Notes: a model not told the origin generated them from the sequence alone. Numbered from the stretch's first letter, positions 12,131 to 26,175 are shown. The stretch: DNA of 64,000 nucleotides from Octopus vulgaris (GCA_951406725.2 OX597815.1:91264001-91328000), one strand, 5' to 3'. A program made the numbers and translations.

Positions 12131-12301
12131 AGCTTGCTTCCCAACTACATGGCTCTGGGTTCAGTCCTACTGCATGGTACCTTGAGCAAATATCTTCTAC
12201 TGTAGCCTCAGTCCAACCAAAGTCTTGTGAGTGGCTATAGTAGATGGAAGCTGAAAGAAGCCCTTTTTATATATTTATGTGTGTGTGTATATCTATACCT
12301 A

Positions 12302-12336
<35 letters not shown>

Positions 12337-12540
12337 TTGTATGTATGTATGTATGTATGTATGTATGTATGTATGTATGTATGTATGTATGTATGTATGT
12401 CTTTGAGTCTGTGTTTGTCTCGCCACCACTGCTTGTCAACTGGTGCTGGTATGTTTACATCCCCTTGACTTAGCAGTTTAGCAAAAGCGACTGATAGAAT
12501 AAGTACCAGGCTTTTGGAAAATAAGTCAATACATTTGGCT
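12131..12540 (+). mobile_element. SINE family A with expanded internal (TATG)n
   Basis: Body matches the 14047 copy. A minus-strand family A tail abuts it at 12058-12130. Confidence 0.8.
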
Positions 12541-12849
12541 AAAAGTTCTCCATAAATTCTGAAAACATGACCCAAGGGTAAAAAAAAAATGGGTAATGGG
12601 TAAACATATGTCCACTGCTGGACATATCTCTCTGCAGCATTGCCACACTAACTTGACACTCACTAGGAGGCTCTCTCAGCCTTGGTACTTAGTTTTCCTT
12701 ATTGAATGTTCTGAACTAAAGTGCTTTGCCCAAGAGCATAACATGCCTTCCTGACCAAGAATTGAACTGACAACTTTATTATTGAGAGTCCTAGCTGCCT
12801 CCAATATTCTAAATTAGGTTGAATAAGGATACGTGTTATTAAACAACAG

Positions 12850-13186
12850 GCTGCCATCTCTAGTATGTAGATGATATCAAGTTATATACCGCTGATAAAC
12901 AAATGGAAATTTTACCACATATTGTGCACAGATTCAGTTGAGGAATTGGAATGAAATTCTGTTTAGAATATAAACCAAGTCCACTTTGAAGAGAAGAAAA
13001 GCTAATAAAAGCCAGCATTTTCATGTTGGATAAAGAAATGAAGATTAGAGAATTAGACCAAAGACGAACTTACAAATACTTAAGAATTAATGAACTAGAC
13101 AAATACAACACAAACAAATGAAAGAAAAAGTTGAGAAGGAATCTTATAGATTCACAATAATAATTAAAGCTGAACTAAGTACTAAA

Positions 13187-13187
<1 letters not shown>
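12850..13187 (+). mobile_element. Dong/R4-type reverse transcriptase fragment
   Basis: HL*YVDDIKLY..HRFS*GIGMKFCLE..IRELDQRRTYKYL, compare HLLYMDDLKLY..FS.DIGM.FGL..YKYLG. Followed by (TAG)n. Confidence 0.75.
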
Positions 13188-13247
<60 letters not shown>

Positions 13248-13455
13248 CCTTTTCGTTTATTTGCCATAGGAGCTCATCCATTCACACAAACGTGTTACAA
13301 AGGAGTTACAGGAAATGTGAGGATGTATATACATAGTGTCATATATATATATAATCCCACTTCTATATATAAATATATATATATATATATATGCATTTAG
13401 ATATAGATATATATATATATTTATATATATATATATATATATATTTAATCCCACT

Positions 13456-13489
<34 letters not shown>

Positions 13490-14046
13490 AATGGGATTAA
13501 ACATTATTCAATATGTTAAGGCATTATAAAAATTAAGATAAAATACACAAATAAATAAAACAATTACCTATTATCTGAATGACTTTTGAAATCTAGTTTT
13601 ATTTTCCCCTTAATCGCTGCATCATCTTTTTTGTCTTCAGGCAGTTCATTAGGCAGTTCATCAGAATCTCATCAAAACATCAAGTAAACAGGAATCTAAT
13701 GCCATTCCAAAGATAGAGCTTCCTGTTCGTATATCTTGCACTCCTTCAGTTTAGGTTATTTTTTTGATTTTGTGTCTTTTTACTCTTTTTGCCTTCCAAA
13801 ATATTTTGCCTCGCCTCTTCAACCTCCATTTGCTCCCCATCCTCTTCCTACAAAAGGATGTGATATGCTGGGAGAGAAAACCCCTCCCCCCAGCTTCCAG
13901 GTCATCAACTTTTGGCACTGAAAACAAGGTGCTTTCTTTTTTTACCCTTTCTCTTCTCAAAACTGAGTTTGGAAGTAGTTTGGAAACAACAGTTCCAAGG
14001 GTCTACTCCTTGATATTGTTTCTGAGGTTGTATTCTTCAATATATA

Positions 14047-14448
14047 GGCACAGGAGTGGCTGTGTGGTAAGTAGCTTGTTTACCAACCACATGGTTCCGG
14101 GTTCAGTCCCACTGCGTGGCACCTTGAGCAAGTGTCTTCTACTATAGCCTCGGGCCGACATAAGCCTTGTGAGTGGATTTTGTAGACGGAAACTGAAAGA
14201 AGCCCATCGTATATATGTATATATATGCGTGTGTGTGTTTGTGTGTCTGTGTTTGTCTCCCTAGCATTGCTTGACAACCGATGCTGGTGTGTTTATGTCC
14301 CTGTTACTTAGCGATTCGGCAAAAGAGATCGATAGAATAAGTACTGGGCTTACAAAAGAATAAGTCTCAGGGTCGATTTGCTTGATTAAAGGCGGTGCTC
14401 CAGCATAGCTGCAGTCAAATGACTAAAACAAGTAAAAGCGTAAAAGCG
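14047..14448 (+). mobile_element. SINE family A, full length
   Basis: tRNA-like head ggcacaggagtggctgtgtggtaag..ggttcagtccc, internal TA/TG microsatellite, tail gtaaaagcgtaaaagcg. More than 10 copies in the window. Confidence 0.9.
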
Positions 14449-15575
14449 TATATCCATTACCTCTGGGCAGAGAGCTCTTTAATAGTTCTTACATATCTAA
14501 CATTGCTTTCTTCTCTACCCTAAACAACAGGTGGAGCTCAAGGATAGTTTTGTAGTTTCAGGACTCATTGGACAATGCAATTCCATACAAACCCCTTCCC
14601 TCCCCTCTCCACCCTACCTGCCACACATTATTTTGTATCACATCTTGTGTTCTCCACCTGCTCATACTATCCCGTAACAACAGATCAGGGACCAGCATCA
14701 TTATCAATGTCCTTGGCCATAACCCATTCACACACACGAACACACAATATTTTGCAACTCCAGCTTGGGAGAAGAAATGTCTTACACACCTGCTCTAATG
14801 ACTGCCTCATCACATCTTCTGTCTTTTAGACTGGACACCCAATTTCATATATAGGAACTGTTGGAAAGGGAAAAAAATCCTAGTTAATGTATGATGCAAT
14901 GAGTATTCCAACAGTTATGGTTTCAATCAACAGTTACTTTGTGATTCATATGGAAGTCCTTATTATTTGGGGAAAATAAGAATATATGTTACTCTCCAGC
15001 TTCTCTGTTTCTTGGAATATTCCATGAACAAAGACACACCGTCCTTATAACACATCTCACTCATGTTTTTCTCTTCTCAGGAGCCAACCTATACTAAATA
15101 CTTTCCGCTTGTTAAGACAACTACTATTAATAATCCTAACAGTACTTACTGTTAGGATTACTTGAATAGTTGTTAATTTCTTTTTTATTTATTAGAATGT
15201 AAATGTTATCTGTTTAGACTTGTTATCTGGGTTTTTTTTCCTGTTCTATTGAATTTTTTTAACTCTGTGTTATTCGTTTCAATTTATCCTTGGGGTGGTG
15301 TACAATCAATGTTACTTTGCTAGTTGTTCGCAACTCTTCATACGCCCCCACAGAAGAAGTCATGTTAGATTAGTAGTAAACAACAATTGCATTTTCATAA
15401 AATAGATACCTAAAATAAAGCCTCATCTGAGTAATGGAGTAGACGTCCAAACATTCCGAACTTCCTTGTTTACAAAATGAAACAAAAATATATTTTTCTT
15501 TCTTCAAATAAATCAGTAAAATCCAATTTCAGGGAGCTGTCATGGAAAGTTTGCATACTTCAGCAACATCATCAA

Positions 15576-15611
<36 letters not shown>

Positions 15612-16367
15612 TTCTTTATTAACTAGTAAGGGTTTACAAATACACTGAGGACAGTACTGAATGATACAATACAATATCATATGATGTGATATAATGTGGA
15701 GTTACATGAAGGTGTTTACACAATAAAATAACAAAAAATTAAGAAGCAAAATTCCAAACAAGAAAATTCCCCAAGGGATGCTCATAGAAACCCTACAAAA
15801 CCACTGTCATCCTAACCATTAAGGTGTGTGCCATCTCTTCATCCCCTTCCCTCACTCAACAGGTACATACTTGGAGCAGGCCTCTTTGCTTGGATCACTC
15901 TTGCCACTCTCATGCACCTTTCAACAAATATGCTAGACAGTATCACTTCCCTCTCCATTTTCACTTTCCTTTTCAAATAGAACTTGAAAAAGAGGAAAGC
16001 GCTTTTTCCTCAACCCTTTCAATCTTGTCCACAATACAACCTTTCTCACCAAAGAGGTAAAGACTTATCACCTTACATGGCTAAAAAAGACAGCAGCTGA
16101 GAGTCATATCTGTCCTATTCAGCTGTCTAACATAACTCCACAATTCAGCAATGCTTGGGTACTGGATGAATACATGCAGAGTAGTTTTATCGCTGAGCAC
16201 ACATCTCAGACAGGCCTGGCTGATGGCCCTTCTGTGCCTGTAGAATTTATCTTAAACTAGCAATGCCTCCTGATATCATTGCCAGGCCTGGGATTTGTGG
16301 AGATTATCCATAAACTCAAGCCCAAAAGTCGTCTATATTAGATCAACCAGTTGATTTTCATCATGTC

Positions 16368-16625
16368 TGGTAAGTTTACTGTCATCAATTTACCGCATGG
16401 AAAGTTCACCATTAGCAATTATTCACAGGGAAATTTCACCATCATCACTTAACCATTCTTTTTTTCAATAAAATAGTTTTTAACTATTAATGGTGAGATA
16501 CTATGGATATATTTTCTCGGTAAATTTTCCTCACAATGAACTTTACTAATGGTGAACTTTCTTTGCAGTGAATTGATACTGGTGTACTTCCTAGTGGTGA
16601 ATTAATGGTGGTGAACTTACCTGTA
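16368..16625. mobile_element. Foldback MITE with 15 bp periodic inverted arms (MULE-type)
   Basis: Left ggtaagtttactgtcatcaatttacc..aagttcaccattag; right ctaatggtgaacttt..ggtgaacttacc. Confidence 0.7.
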
Positions 16626-16892
16626 ATCAATTTTTATGGCACCCATAGATTCCTTGAGAGCATTGTCACTTTTGCCCACTGCTAATCTTCTATAGAATGC
16701 CAATGTAGCACTTTCACCTAGCATTTCCCAACTGGTAGTGAGTTGTAAGCAATTGACAACATTCCAGATGCCAAACACACTGTCTCAGCCTTTGCTTGAC
16801 CCAGTAATGTAGCTCTGTCAAAGAAATGAGATGTAGGAAAATGCATCTAACAAACAGCAATCACACCTGTTCTCTGCCAAGGAATTGCTGGG

Positions 16893-17097
16893 GATGTGAA
16901 GCACGACCTTCGAACTTTAGGTCTCACTGAGGAAATGACTAGAGACCGAGACCTCTGGAAGTGTGCTGTGCGCGAGAAGACCCAGCAGGACAAGTGAGTG
17001 GTGGCAGGTCTTCTGGCTTCACAGACCCCAGTAGAACCGTCCAACCCATGCTAGCATGGAAAACGGACGCTAAACGATGATGATGATGATGATGATG
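16893..17097 (+). mobile_element. 5'-truncated RTE 3' end inserted in the Tx1 relic
   Basis: VKHDLRTLGLTEEMTRDRDLWKCAVREKT, then ccaacccatgctagcatggaaaacggacgctaaac(GAT)n. Confidence 0.85.
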
Positions 17098-19392
17098 TTG
17101 CAACTTTAGCACAGGCTTGCATATCATCTGCTACACCATACCTAGTCTTCCACTTGGCAAATGTTGACAGCAGATGGAGCATCAGACCAGTGGAACACAT
17201 GTCTTCCACAAAAAACAGATGAGGAGACACCCCAGTCTGGTCAGCTATTAACTGGAGCAAGGCACAATGTTCAGATGGTAATAGATGGTTGAGGTGACAT
17301 GAATGTTTACCACCTCTACCTGACCTTTCAGAGATAACCTCCTCTCAGCACATTTTTGGATGAGATTGGTCACCCTGCTCATCTCATCTCCTCATCTCCT
17401 CATCTCAGTTCTTCATAACATGCAGATCTAGAACAAACAGACCCCAAGCAATTTAGCTAGTTCATCTCTCCAATATCTGTCTCACACCACTGTAGGACAG
17501 CATGGAACTGCCTCTCCAATTGCTGAGCTAGATTGATTTTGGCTCTTGTAACACCTTGTAGTGCCATAGAATAGAGCCAACCATTTCATTGTTAATACAG
17601 ATTTTCTGCATTCTAGTTTACACAGCATGCCCCTTAGTGTCTCTACTCCTCATAGTAGTGGCTCAATAGTCAGTACATAGGGAAGTGATAAGAGGGAGCA
17701 ACTTTGGTGCACTGAGTTCATAATACTGAGTGATTCTGACAGAGCACCATTCTCCCTAACTACTAAGTAGATGTCCCTCTTCATCAACATTCTCTAGCCC
17801 CTGAAACCAAGACTAAAACCAGCCACTGTAAAAACAGCTGTCAAGTATTGGTGCCACCTATATATGATGCATCACATGTGGTGGAAGTTGTCAGGGATGA
17901 ATCTATTCAGGATAGTGCATGTTTACACATCACCAATCAGACCAGCAACAGTAAGTGCCAACCTGTTTGCAAAGATTCTGGCCAAAGTCTTTAAATCTGT
18001 GGTTTGCAGAGTTATGGGCTGAAAATTGATAATAGTAATAATATCAACTATAGCCTTTTCGTTAAACTCACATAGCTGGCCTCTCAACGTATCACAACAT
18101 CAATTTAAGGATATCATGTTGAACTTTATAAAAATGAGAACTGGCAGGTATTTCTTCTGGTCAACATAAAGGCTATTAGAGTAAGCTCTTGACTCACAAG
18201 CTAGTTCAAAGGGACAATACTTTATCATCATTTCATTCTATGTTACCTATATTTTGATGAATAAAAAATGCAATTTGAGATATTACAAAGGGAAATGATA
18301 GACAAGGTTCATCCACTGTCTCCTCTTCAAGGTTGATCTAAAACCATACGCTGTGAATAGTCTCCAGCTTGAGAGTTTGCTCAGTATTTTCAAGCAGCTT
18401 AGCAAGAACAATAGGGTATATACTTTTGCCTGGGAAAATGCAAGAAAATGACAACAAAATGAGGTTTAATGACCAGTCGAGTAGATGATTTGAGGCTCTA
18501 GAGAAGAGTGAAAATAAGTTGGACAATTTTGCTTTCTACAAATAATTGGATATAGATGAGAGTAAAATTGTTTATGAAAGTTGCATGAATAACATGGAAA
18601 ACTGAATATTATGCCAGTCAAAAGATGTTTAAAATCATCAACAAAGAATACTATCAATACCTTTAACACATGTGCAGTGATAGTCATAACATATAACTTT
18701 GTATTTGAAAAGAATGTAACATCTCTAGATTCCAAAGACAGTACAAGGTAAAAATCTACTAAATTTACTAAAACAAAATCACCACATGCTACACAAGTCT
18801 GATGCCTGATAATTGTACTTTGCAAGAAGAGAAGCTGATAGGAGACTGTTCAGTGACATGGAGATATATAAGAAGGCAATTATAAATGGTATCCTCTAAC
18901 TTCTTTCTAACTCATAAGAAGTTCAGCAATGTTCCCATGTAGACTATGGTTGCATAAAAAGTAGCAAACCAATGATATTTAAAACAGCAAAATTCTAACA
19001 AAAAATTAGATTAAATGAAGTAATAGTAGCAGTATGACAAGTAATAGTTGCAGTGTGACAAGTTGACTGTCTGAGAGTGGTCATCAATAACAGCTATATC
19101 TACACAACAGGAAAGTGGTCATTTTCAGCCTCACTGCTCTGATACAGCCAATGACCAAAAACAATTGAAGGGAAGTAGCATGACAATATCAAAGCAAAAA
19201 TATATGTAAATACATTGAAGTAAGGTTAGTTATCGAAACACTGAAACTTGATTGGTTCTTACAAAATCTTAGAAAACATCTCACATTCAAAGATTTTTTG
19301 CATAAACAAAACATACACTATGTATGTGTGATCAATAATGTTTACATTACTAGAGCAGCTTTTAATTAGTAATTCACTATACACACATACAT

Positions 19393-19453
<61 letters not shown>

Positions 19454-19457
19454 CATA

Positions 19458-19890
19458 CATCATCATCGTTTAACGTCTGCTTTCCATGCTAGCATGGGTT
19501 GGATGATTTGACTGAGGACTGGCAAACCAGATGGCTGCACCAGGCTCCAATCTTGATCTGGCAGAGTTTCTACAGCTGGATGCCCTTCCTAACGCCAACC
19601 ACTCCGAGAGTGTAGTGGGTGCTTTTACGTGACACCAGCAGGAGGGCCAGTCAGGCGGTACTGGCAATGGCCACACTCAAATGGTGTCTTTTACGTGCCA
19701 CCTGCACAGGAGCCAGTCCAGCAGCACTGGCAACGACCTCACTCGAATGTTTTTTTACATGCCACTGGTACAGGTACCAGTAAGGCGACGCTGGTAACAA
19801 TCACGCTTGAATGGTGCTTTTTACGTGCCACCGGCACAGAAGCCAGTTAGCCGCTCTGGCAATGATCATGCTCGGATGGTGCTCTTAATG
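19458..19890 (-). mobile_element. RTE 3' UTR with ~60-66 bp tandem units
   Basis: Reverse complement of the tail at 30540-30885; repeated gtgctttttacgtgccacc units. Confidence 0.85.
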
Positions 19891-20375
19891 CTCCAGGTGC
19901 TCATACAAATATGTGTGTGTGTGTGTGTGTGTGTGGGGGGGGTTGCGTTTCTTTGTATTGATATTACTAGATAGCTGTAAAACATGTGTCACCACCATAC
20001 AAGTAGTGTTCTTCATTTTCAATCTTCTGCAGAAGCATTTCTGGTCATGGGGAAATAGTACTTTACTTGGAAACGAATGAGGGTTGACAACATGAAAGGG
20101 TATCAGGCTATAAAAGATCTGCCTACAGAATTTCATCTAAACCATGTGGTCATGAAAAAGCAGACATTAAAGTGATAATGACGATAATGATGATGACATA
20201 CATTAACTTAGAGTTTCCCCAAATATTTTTTTACTTGTAACACACTTAAAAACAAATATAAATATTGAGTCACACTTTGTACATAAATTCAGAAACTATA
20301 TTCAAAAGATGCATTTGTAAATATTAACATGGCATAAAGCCATAATGTATAAAAGAGAAAAAAATCTAATGTATA

Positions 20376-20706
20376 CAGGTATATCTCAACTTACATTGGT
20401 AATTGGTTCGAAGACTTACTTGACTTGAAAACCAACAAAAAAAAAACATTAAAAAAAATTTATTAGCCTATATTTCTTTTAATAAATGGTTTGTACATAT
20501 TTTCGCATGTATTTTATTTGATTTTTCCACTTCAGTATTGGTTTTTAAGTGGGTTTTTAAAAAATTTCTATGCTTTAGAATATGTTCACTAATACTGACA
20601 AAGTTGAATAAATCGACTTCAGTCGAAGTTTATTTTTCCATTAATTTCATAAAAAGAAAAGAATATAAAGTCAAAACTTAAAATGATGTAAGTTGAGGTA
20701 TGACTA
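20376..20706. mobile_element. Tigger/pogo-type MITE
   Basis: TA-caggtatatctcaacttaca ... tgtaagttgaggtatgacta-TA terminal inverted repeats. Confidence 0.75.
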
Positions 20707-21338
20707 TATTTGTAAGAAAAATATGCCTTGAATGCAATTACAAGATGTCAATTATGATACATTTAATGTAGATTTAACTTCTCTCCTTAAGCAGCTTATC
20801 ATTCAAAATTTAATAACAGCCACAACATTTCTATGTTTAGATTAAATGTTGCTATTAGCACTAATATGTGATCTAAATTAACAAATTTCAGTCCTTATTT
20901 TCTTCATTTTTGAAATATATTACACACTCCTCACTCAACATGCCTAACTACTTCTTGTGGCACATCACTGTATCAAAGCACACAGTTTAGCAACAACTAC
21001 ATTAATTCAATCAGCATCATCAGTCATGACCCATCTGTTAAGTGCAATTCTACTAACCTTCAATTACAGCTACGGTTAAAATATTGGTCAAATCTATTAC
21101 AAATACAAATTTGCACCAAACAATGAACTGGTCTAACAAAGTCAGCTTCACTCACTCCACAGGTTTTAACTGGCCAATCAACATCACTCAGCAATTTCTC
21201 AGAAACCTCTTCTCTGGAACCCATCTTACAGTATGTAAGGAAGTTACTTTTGGAAATTAATCAGAGCTGGGGTTATCCCAACCACTGTCTACTCTCCTAG
21301 TTTGATATATATCAATACACACACACATACACACCCAA

Positions 21339-21384
<46 letters not shown>

Positions 21385-21918
21385 CCTATCCTTATCCCTT
21401 CCTTTTTCTTTTTCTCTCTCTCTTTCTCTACCTTATCAATGAGTCTAGTGCACATTAACATACACAACAAATGCACACAGACTCTCTCTCATTTACATAA
21501 TCTCTCTCTGTAAGGCAACAGAAGAAAAGCATAGTTATGTATCCTCATTATGAAATATTGAGGATATATTTGCACAATGAGAATTACATTCCTTGTTTGG
21601 TAATTTCCTGCCTGCTTCAAATTGGGATGAATATCCTTCAAAGGCTTAACTCACTTAATCATCAAACTTTATGAAGTTATCTTAACTCTTGTTCTTTATC
21701 TAAACATCACTTAATGAAAAGAACTTTCCTTGTTCTCTATCATAGTGCCATACCTGATATTAAATTTTTTTTTTAAATTAGAATCAATTGAGCACACAAC
21801 TTTGTTTAAACCTGAAAATGTCTAGAATAGATGATGAGTATGTTAGATAATTGTTTAACTTACATGACATCACCCTCGTTGATGAAAACCTTTTTAGTTT
21901 AGTGCAGCAATGTACATA

Positions 21919-23141
21919 CAGTGGGATACATGAAAAGTTCCTGACTTTAAGGCTAACATGAAAGAGTAGAGCTGTTACCTTTACAAGGGAGGTAGGACAA
22001 CTATTTAGAAGATATGCCAAAAATTATGATGATATACAATATATCTTTTTCTTTTTTTTGCAGATTTAATGCATGACAGTTTCCTCCTACAGTGGATTTT
22101 GGTAAAACTGAAGCATGGTTGTTCATAAAGTTCCTCTTTTTGCAAGACAAAGGAGTGGCAGAAATCCATGGCGAGATGAGGAAGTCTTGAAGGATGGCTG
22201 CCCATCTTATTGCACAGTGAAAATCTGGGTGTCAAGGTTTCAGATTGGTCACTTCGAAGTCACAGATGAACCCCAATCAGGACAGCTAACTTCTACAACC
22301 ACAGAGAACAAAGCCAATGCTGTGCACATCATAATTCTCGAGGGCTACCCAAAATTTCAGCTGAAGTCATAGCTGAGACTCTGGGGATTTGTTACAAAAG
22401 AGTTTGCCACATCCTTCACAACATTCTGGACACAAGAAAGTTTTCTGTAAGATGGGTGCTGAAATGCCTGAATGCAGATCAGAAGCACATCAGAGTGACA
22501 ATATCAAAGGTAATTTTGGACCAGTTTGTTGCGGGAAAAGCTGATTTTATGGCTCATTTAGTCATCATGAATAAAACTTGGCTTCATCATTATGATCCTC
22601 AGACAAAGCAGCAATTAATGGAGTTCACTGCATATCAGCTGGAATACCCCTGGAACAAAGAGAGAGTACTTCTCATAAAGTACATGCCAAAAGGTCACAC
22701 CATCAATGCAGAATACTACATGTATTTGTTGGACAAATTGCATGAAGCTTTGAAGCAGAAACACCATGGAAACCTGAGCTGTGGTTCCCGTTTTTGCAGA
22801 ACAATGCACCAGCACATACAGCACATGAACCTTTATGGAATATATGGGACTTTGGCTTCAGATTGATAGACCATCCACCTTACTCTCCTGATTTGGCATC
22901 CTCCAACTATCACCTCTTTCTACAACTGAAGAAATATCTCAAGGGGATGACATTTCACTCCAATTTAGAAGTGATCACTGCTACAGAGGCCCAACCATCT
23001 GAGTTCTTTTTACAGGGCTTAGAAAAACTGAAGGACTGCTGCAGTAAATTTGAGAGGGGAATATGTTTCATAAAATCATAATTAACTGATCATCCTGTAT
23101 TTTCTTTTACCCAAAGCCAGGAAATTTTCAGCACCTACTTG
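21919..23141 (+). mobile_element. Decayed mariner (DD34D-type) transposon
   Basis: TIRs tgaaaagttcctgacttt / aaagccaggaaattttca. Motifs WVLKCL, VIMNKTWLHHYDP, QNNAPAH and HPPYSPDLASSNYHLF, with 34 residues between the last two catalytic positions. Frameshifted. Confidence 0.92.
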
Positions 23142-23714
23142 CATGATGAGGATTATCACCAAAATATAGCAGAGGAAGTTGAGATGCACATGAAAGAATT
23201 CTTTTTTAAACTTGATTTGTTTAAGATGGAAAGCACATGGCTATAGAGAAAGATATGAATGTAGAAAGAATTATACCAATCACAAAACAAGTAAAATATA
23301 TATTCACTCGTTACTAGTTTATTCACAAAGAGAAGAAACAATTGAAACAAATATCCTCTTTAGAATGTTAAAAATAAATGCATAAGCGAATAAATAAATA
23401 AATAAATAAATAAGTAAATAATTATATAAATAAATAAAAGTATTTGACTTATATTTTAAATATGCTGGTCCCAGTTAATAAACTCATAAAGCATAAACTT
23501 CATCCAGAACTTTTATTTATATCAATTTCTGAAATATTTCATCTGTAAGATATTTTGGAAAATTAAAAATTTATTTCGCTCAAAGCTTAGATATCGATTG
23601 GCAATAATTCGTGAATTTATATATGCAAATACTTGCAAGACACATTATTCACAGTAATTAATATATTTCTAACAGATTGGTAGTTTGTTGCTATGTAAAA
23701 TTGAGTAGGGAGGA

Positions 23715-24895
23715 GGATTCCATCACAGGCCAAGGGCAGAAACTATAAGTAGTTAATAGCTTCTGCTACCTAGGCGACCAAGTCTGTAGTTGGGGCAGTT
23801 GCTCTGAGAGTATAGCGACTAGAGTAAGAATAGCCTGGGCAAAGATCAGGGAGCTCCTACCTCTGCTGGCAAATATAGGCCTCTCACTCAAGGTGAAAGG
23901 TAGATTGTATGATGCATGTGTGCGAACTACCATGTTACACGGCAGTGAAACATGGGCCATGAATGCTGAGGGCATGCATAGGCTTGAAAGAAATGAAGCT
24001 AGTATGATACACTACAACAGAGTGTAAGCACCCTGAGAGAAAAGTTAGGCATAAGAAGCATCAAATGTGGTCTGCAAGAGAAGTGACTGCACTGGTATGG
24101 CCATGTGTTACATATAAATTAAAACAGCTGTGTGAGGAAGTGCCACTCCCTAACTGTAGAAGGAGCCTGTGGAAGGGGTAGACCCAGGAAGACATTGAAT
24201 GAGGTGGTGAAGCATGACCTTCGAACATTGGGCCTCACAGAGACAATGACAGGAGACCAGGTCCTTTGGAAATATGCTGTGATTGAGAAGACCTGGAAAC
24301 TAAAGTGGGATCGCAGCCATGCATTCTGTTAAGAATACCCCTGAGGCATTGAATGATATGATATGCTTAAGAAGACCTGTTGAGTCAAGTAAAACCAATA
24401 TTGTAGCTGGGGCCACTACCCACTGATTGGCTCCTATGTCGGTGGCACATAAAAAGCACCATCTGAACGTGGTCAATGCCAGGTCTGCCTGACTGGTTCC
24501 TGTGCTGATGGCACACAGAAAGCACCAACCGAATGTGGCCAATGCCAGTACCTCTAGACTGGTTCCCATGCTGGTTGCACGTAAAAGGCACCATCTGAAT
24601 ATGGTCGATACCAGGTCCACCTCAATGGCTCTTGTGTTGGTGGCATATAAAAAACACCATCCAAACGTAATCATTGCTAGGCCCACCTGTCTAGCTCCTG
24701 TGCCGGTGGCATGTAAAAAGCACCCACTACACTCTCGGAGTGGTTGTCGTAAGGAAGGGCATCCAGTTGTAGAAACTTTGCCAGATCGGATTGAAGTCTA
24801 GTGCAGCCACTGTCTCTCCAGACCTCAGTCAAACCGTCCAACCCATGCCAGTATAGAAAACGGAAGTTAATCAATGGTGATGATGATGATGATGA
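23715..24895 (+). mobile_element. RTE LINE 3' ~1.2 kb (ORF C-terminus, repeat-containing 3' UTR, (GAT)n tail)
   Basis: FCYLGDQV..RVRIAWAKIRELLPLL..KGRLYDACVRTTMLHGSETW..GRGRPRKT..VKHDLRTLGL. Confidence 0.9.
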
Positions 24896-25277
24896 AAGAG
24901 AGAACTCAATACATATCAGTAGAATGTACACTTTATTCGCAACTAAATATCACAATTTGCTTCTTCATAAGGAACACTGATAAGAGACAATATTCCATTG
25001 CTCTGTGTATATAGAGAGGTATGATGTGATGAGAATAAACAAAGCTTTGAGCTGTAATCTCTACCGTGTTTGATTGAGGCTGCTGACATTTTTTATTCTC
25101 TAAATAGTAGTTGTTGTCAATGAATTAACACCAAACAATTAGACTACCATTCACTGAATATATAAAAATTGCAAATGTCAACAATCAAATAAAACTATCT
25201 AGTTTTAATTTATGCTTTACAGACAGAGTAATGTACTGTAATTTCTCCTTGTTATAAAAGCATGGTGAGCCTACATA

Positions 25278-26175
25278 TGAGGTGATATCAAAAACTTCTC
25301 AGATTAGGTATGTTTAATAAAAAAAAAAGTAAACTATTTACTTAAGTTTTAACATCAATTCCTTTGAAATAGTCACCTTGTGCAGCAACACAATGGTCTC
25401 AGGGTTCCTGCCACTTTTGGAATCCGGCCTGGAAGTTGTTTTCCATATGGGAGTCAAAGAGCTTTTGTGATTCACTCTGGATCTCGACAATAGTGTTAAA
25501 ACAGTGGTCTTTGAGCTGCATTTTCATCTTGGGGAAGAGATGGAAATCTTCAGGTGCTAAATCTGGTGAGCAGGGTGGGTGTAGAAGCAATACCATGTTG
25601 TTTTTGGTGAGAAACTCACGAGTGAGGAGAGCGCAGTGACATCACATGTTCAGTTCAGTCATTAGAATTGCATGCGCTGACCCATATGACAGGCCAACAT
25701 CAACAATGTCATTAATTGTCCTCCAGTGATTCTCATGCACAAATTTATTAATTTTCTCCACATTTCTAAGGGTGGTGCTTATGGAAGGTCTTCCCGATTG
25801 CTCGTTGTCTTCCAGGAACATTCTTCTGCTTTTGATGTGCTGATGCCACTCAAAATATTGTGTACAACCCATTGCCTCATTGCCATAAGCTTGCCAAAGA
25901 ATGCTCAATGTCTCTGTAGTAGACTTCCCAAGTTTAATGCAAAATTTCAGTTTGGCTATATATTCAAACTTCCTGTCCACGACAAAAATCACAGACTACA
26001 TCATACACATGATCAGAAAAACACAAATTTCACAACTTGTGAAGTAAACACAGTGATATCACTCAGCACACTGCTTCATGAAAGTCACTAATAGCTCTCA
26101 CTGCACATGTAACCATGTGTTGTCAACTGCTGGTATGCTACAGAACTAGTCCAGGAATATTTTGATACTACTTCA
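25278..26175 (-). mobile_element. Internally deleted mariner element
   Basis: TIRs tgaggtgatatcaaaaacttctcagattag / ctagtccaggaatattttgatactacttca. HTH region KFCIKLGKSTTET..SGRPS and C-terminal HPPCSPDLAPEDFHLFPKMK are present; the middle of the DDD domain is missing. Confidence 0.9.

Larger units (their letters stand above)
15790..18030 (-). mobile_element. Decayed Tx1/L1-clade LINE ORF2, interrupted by two insertions
   Basis: RT start FQPITLQTTDLKTLARIFANRL..DNFH..SVHQSCSLLSLPYVLTIEPLL; C-terminal AWQ..ALLV.DKFYRH..ACLRC..DKTTLHVFIQYPSIAELW (zf-RVT-like). Confidence 0.8.

Noticed and set aside
14047-14120. tRNA-like heads here and at 42310-42388 and 11150-11227
   Set aside because: They have box A/B-like motifs but no full cloverleaf, and each is attached to a multicopy SINE body.
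13700-14880. Possible LINE ORF1 relic on the minus strand
   Set aside because: No diagnostic motif could be read with confidence.
24395-24730. CRISPR-like repeat-spacer appearance
   Set aside because: Spacers are homologous to each other, the array is in a LINE 3' UTR, the context is eukaryotic and there are no cas genes.
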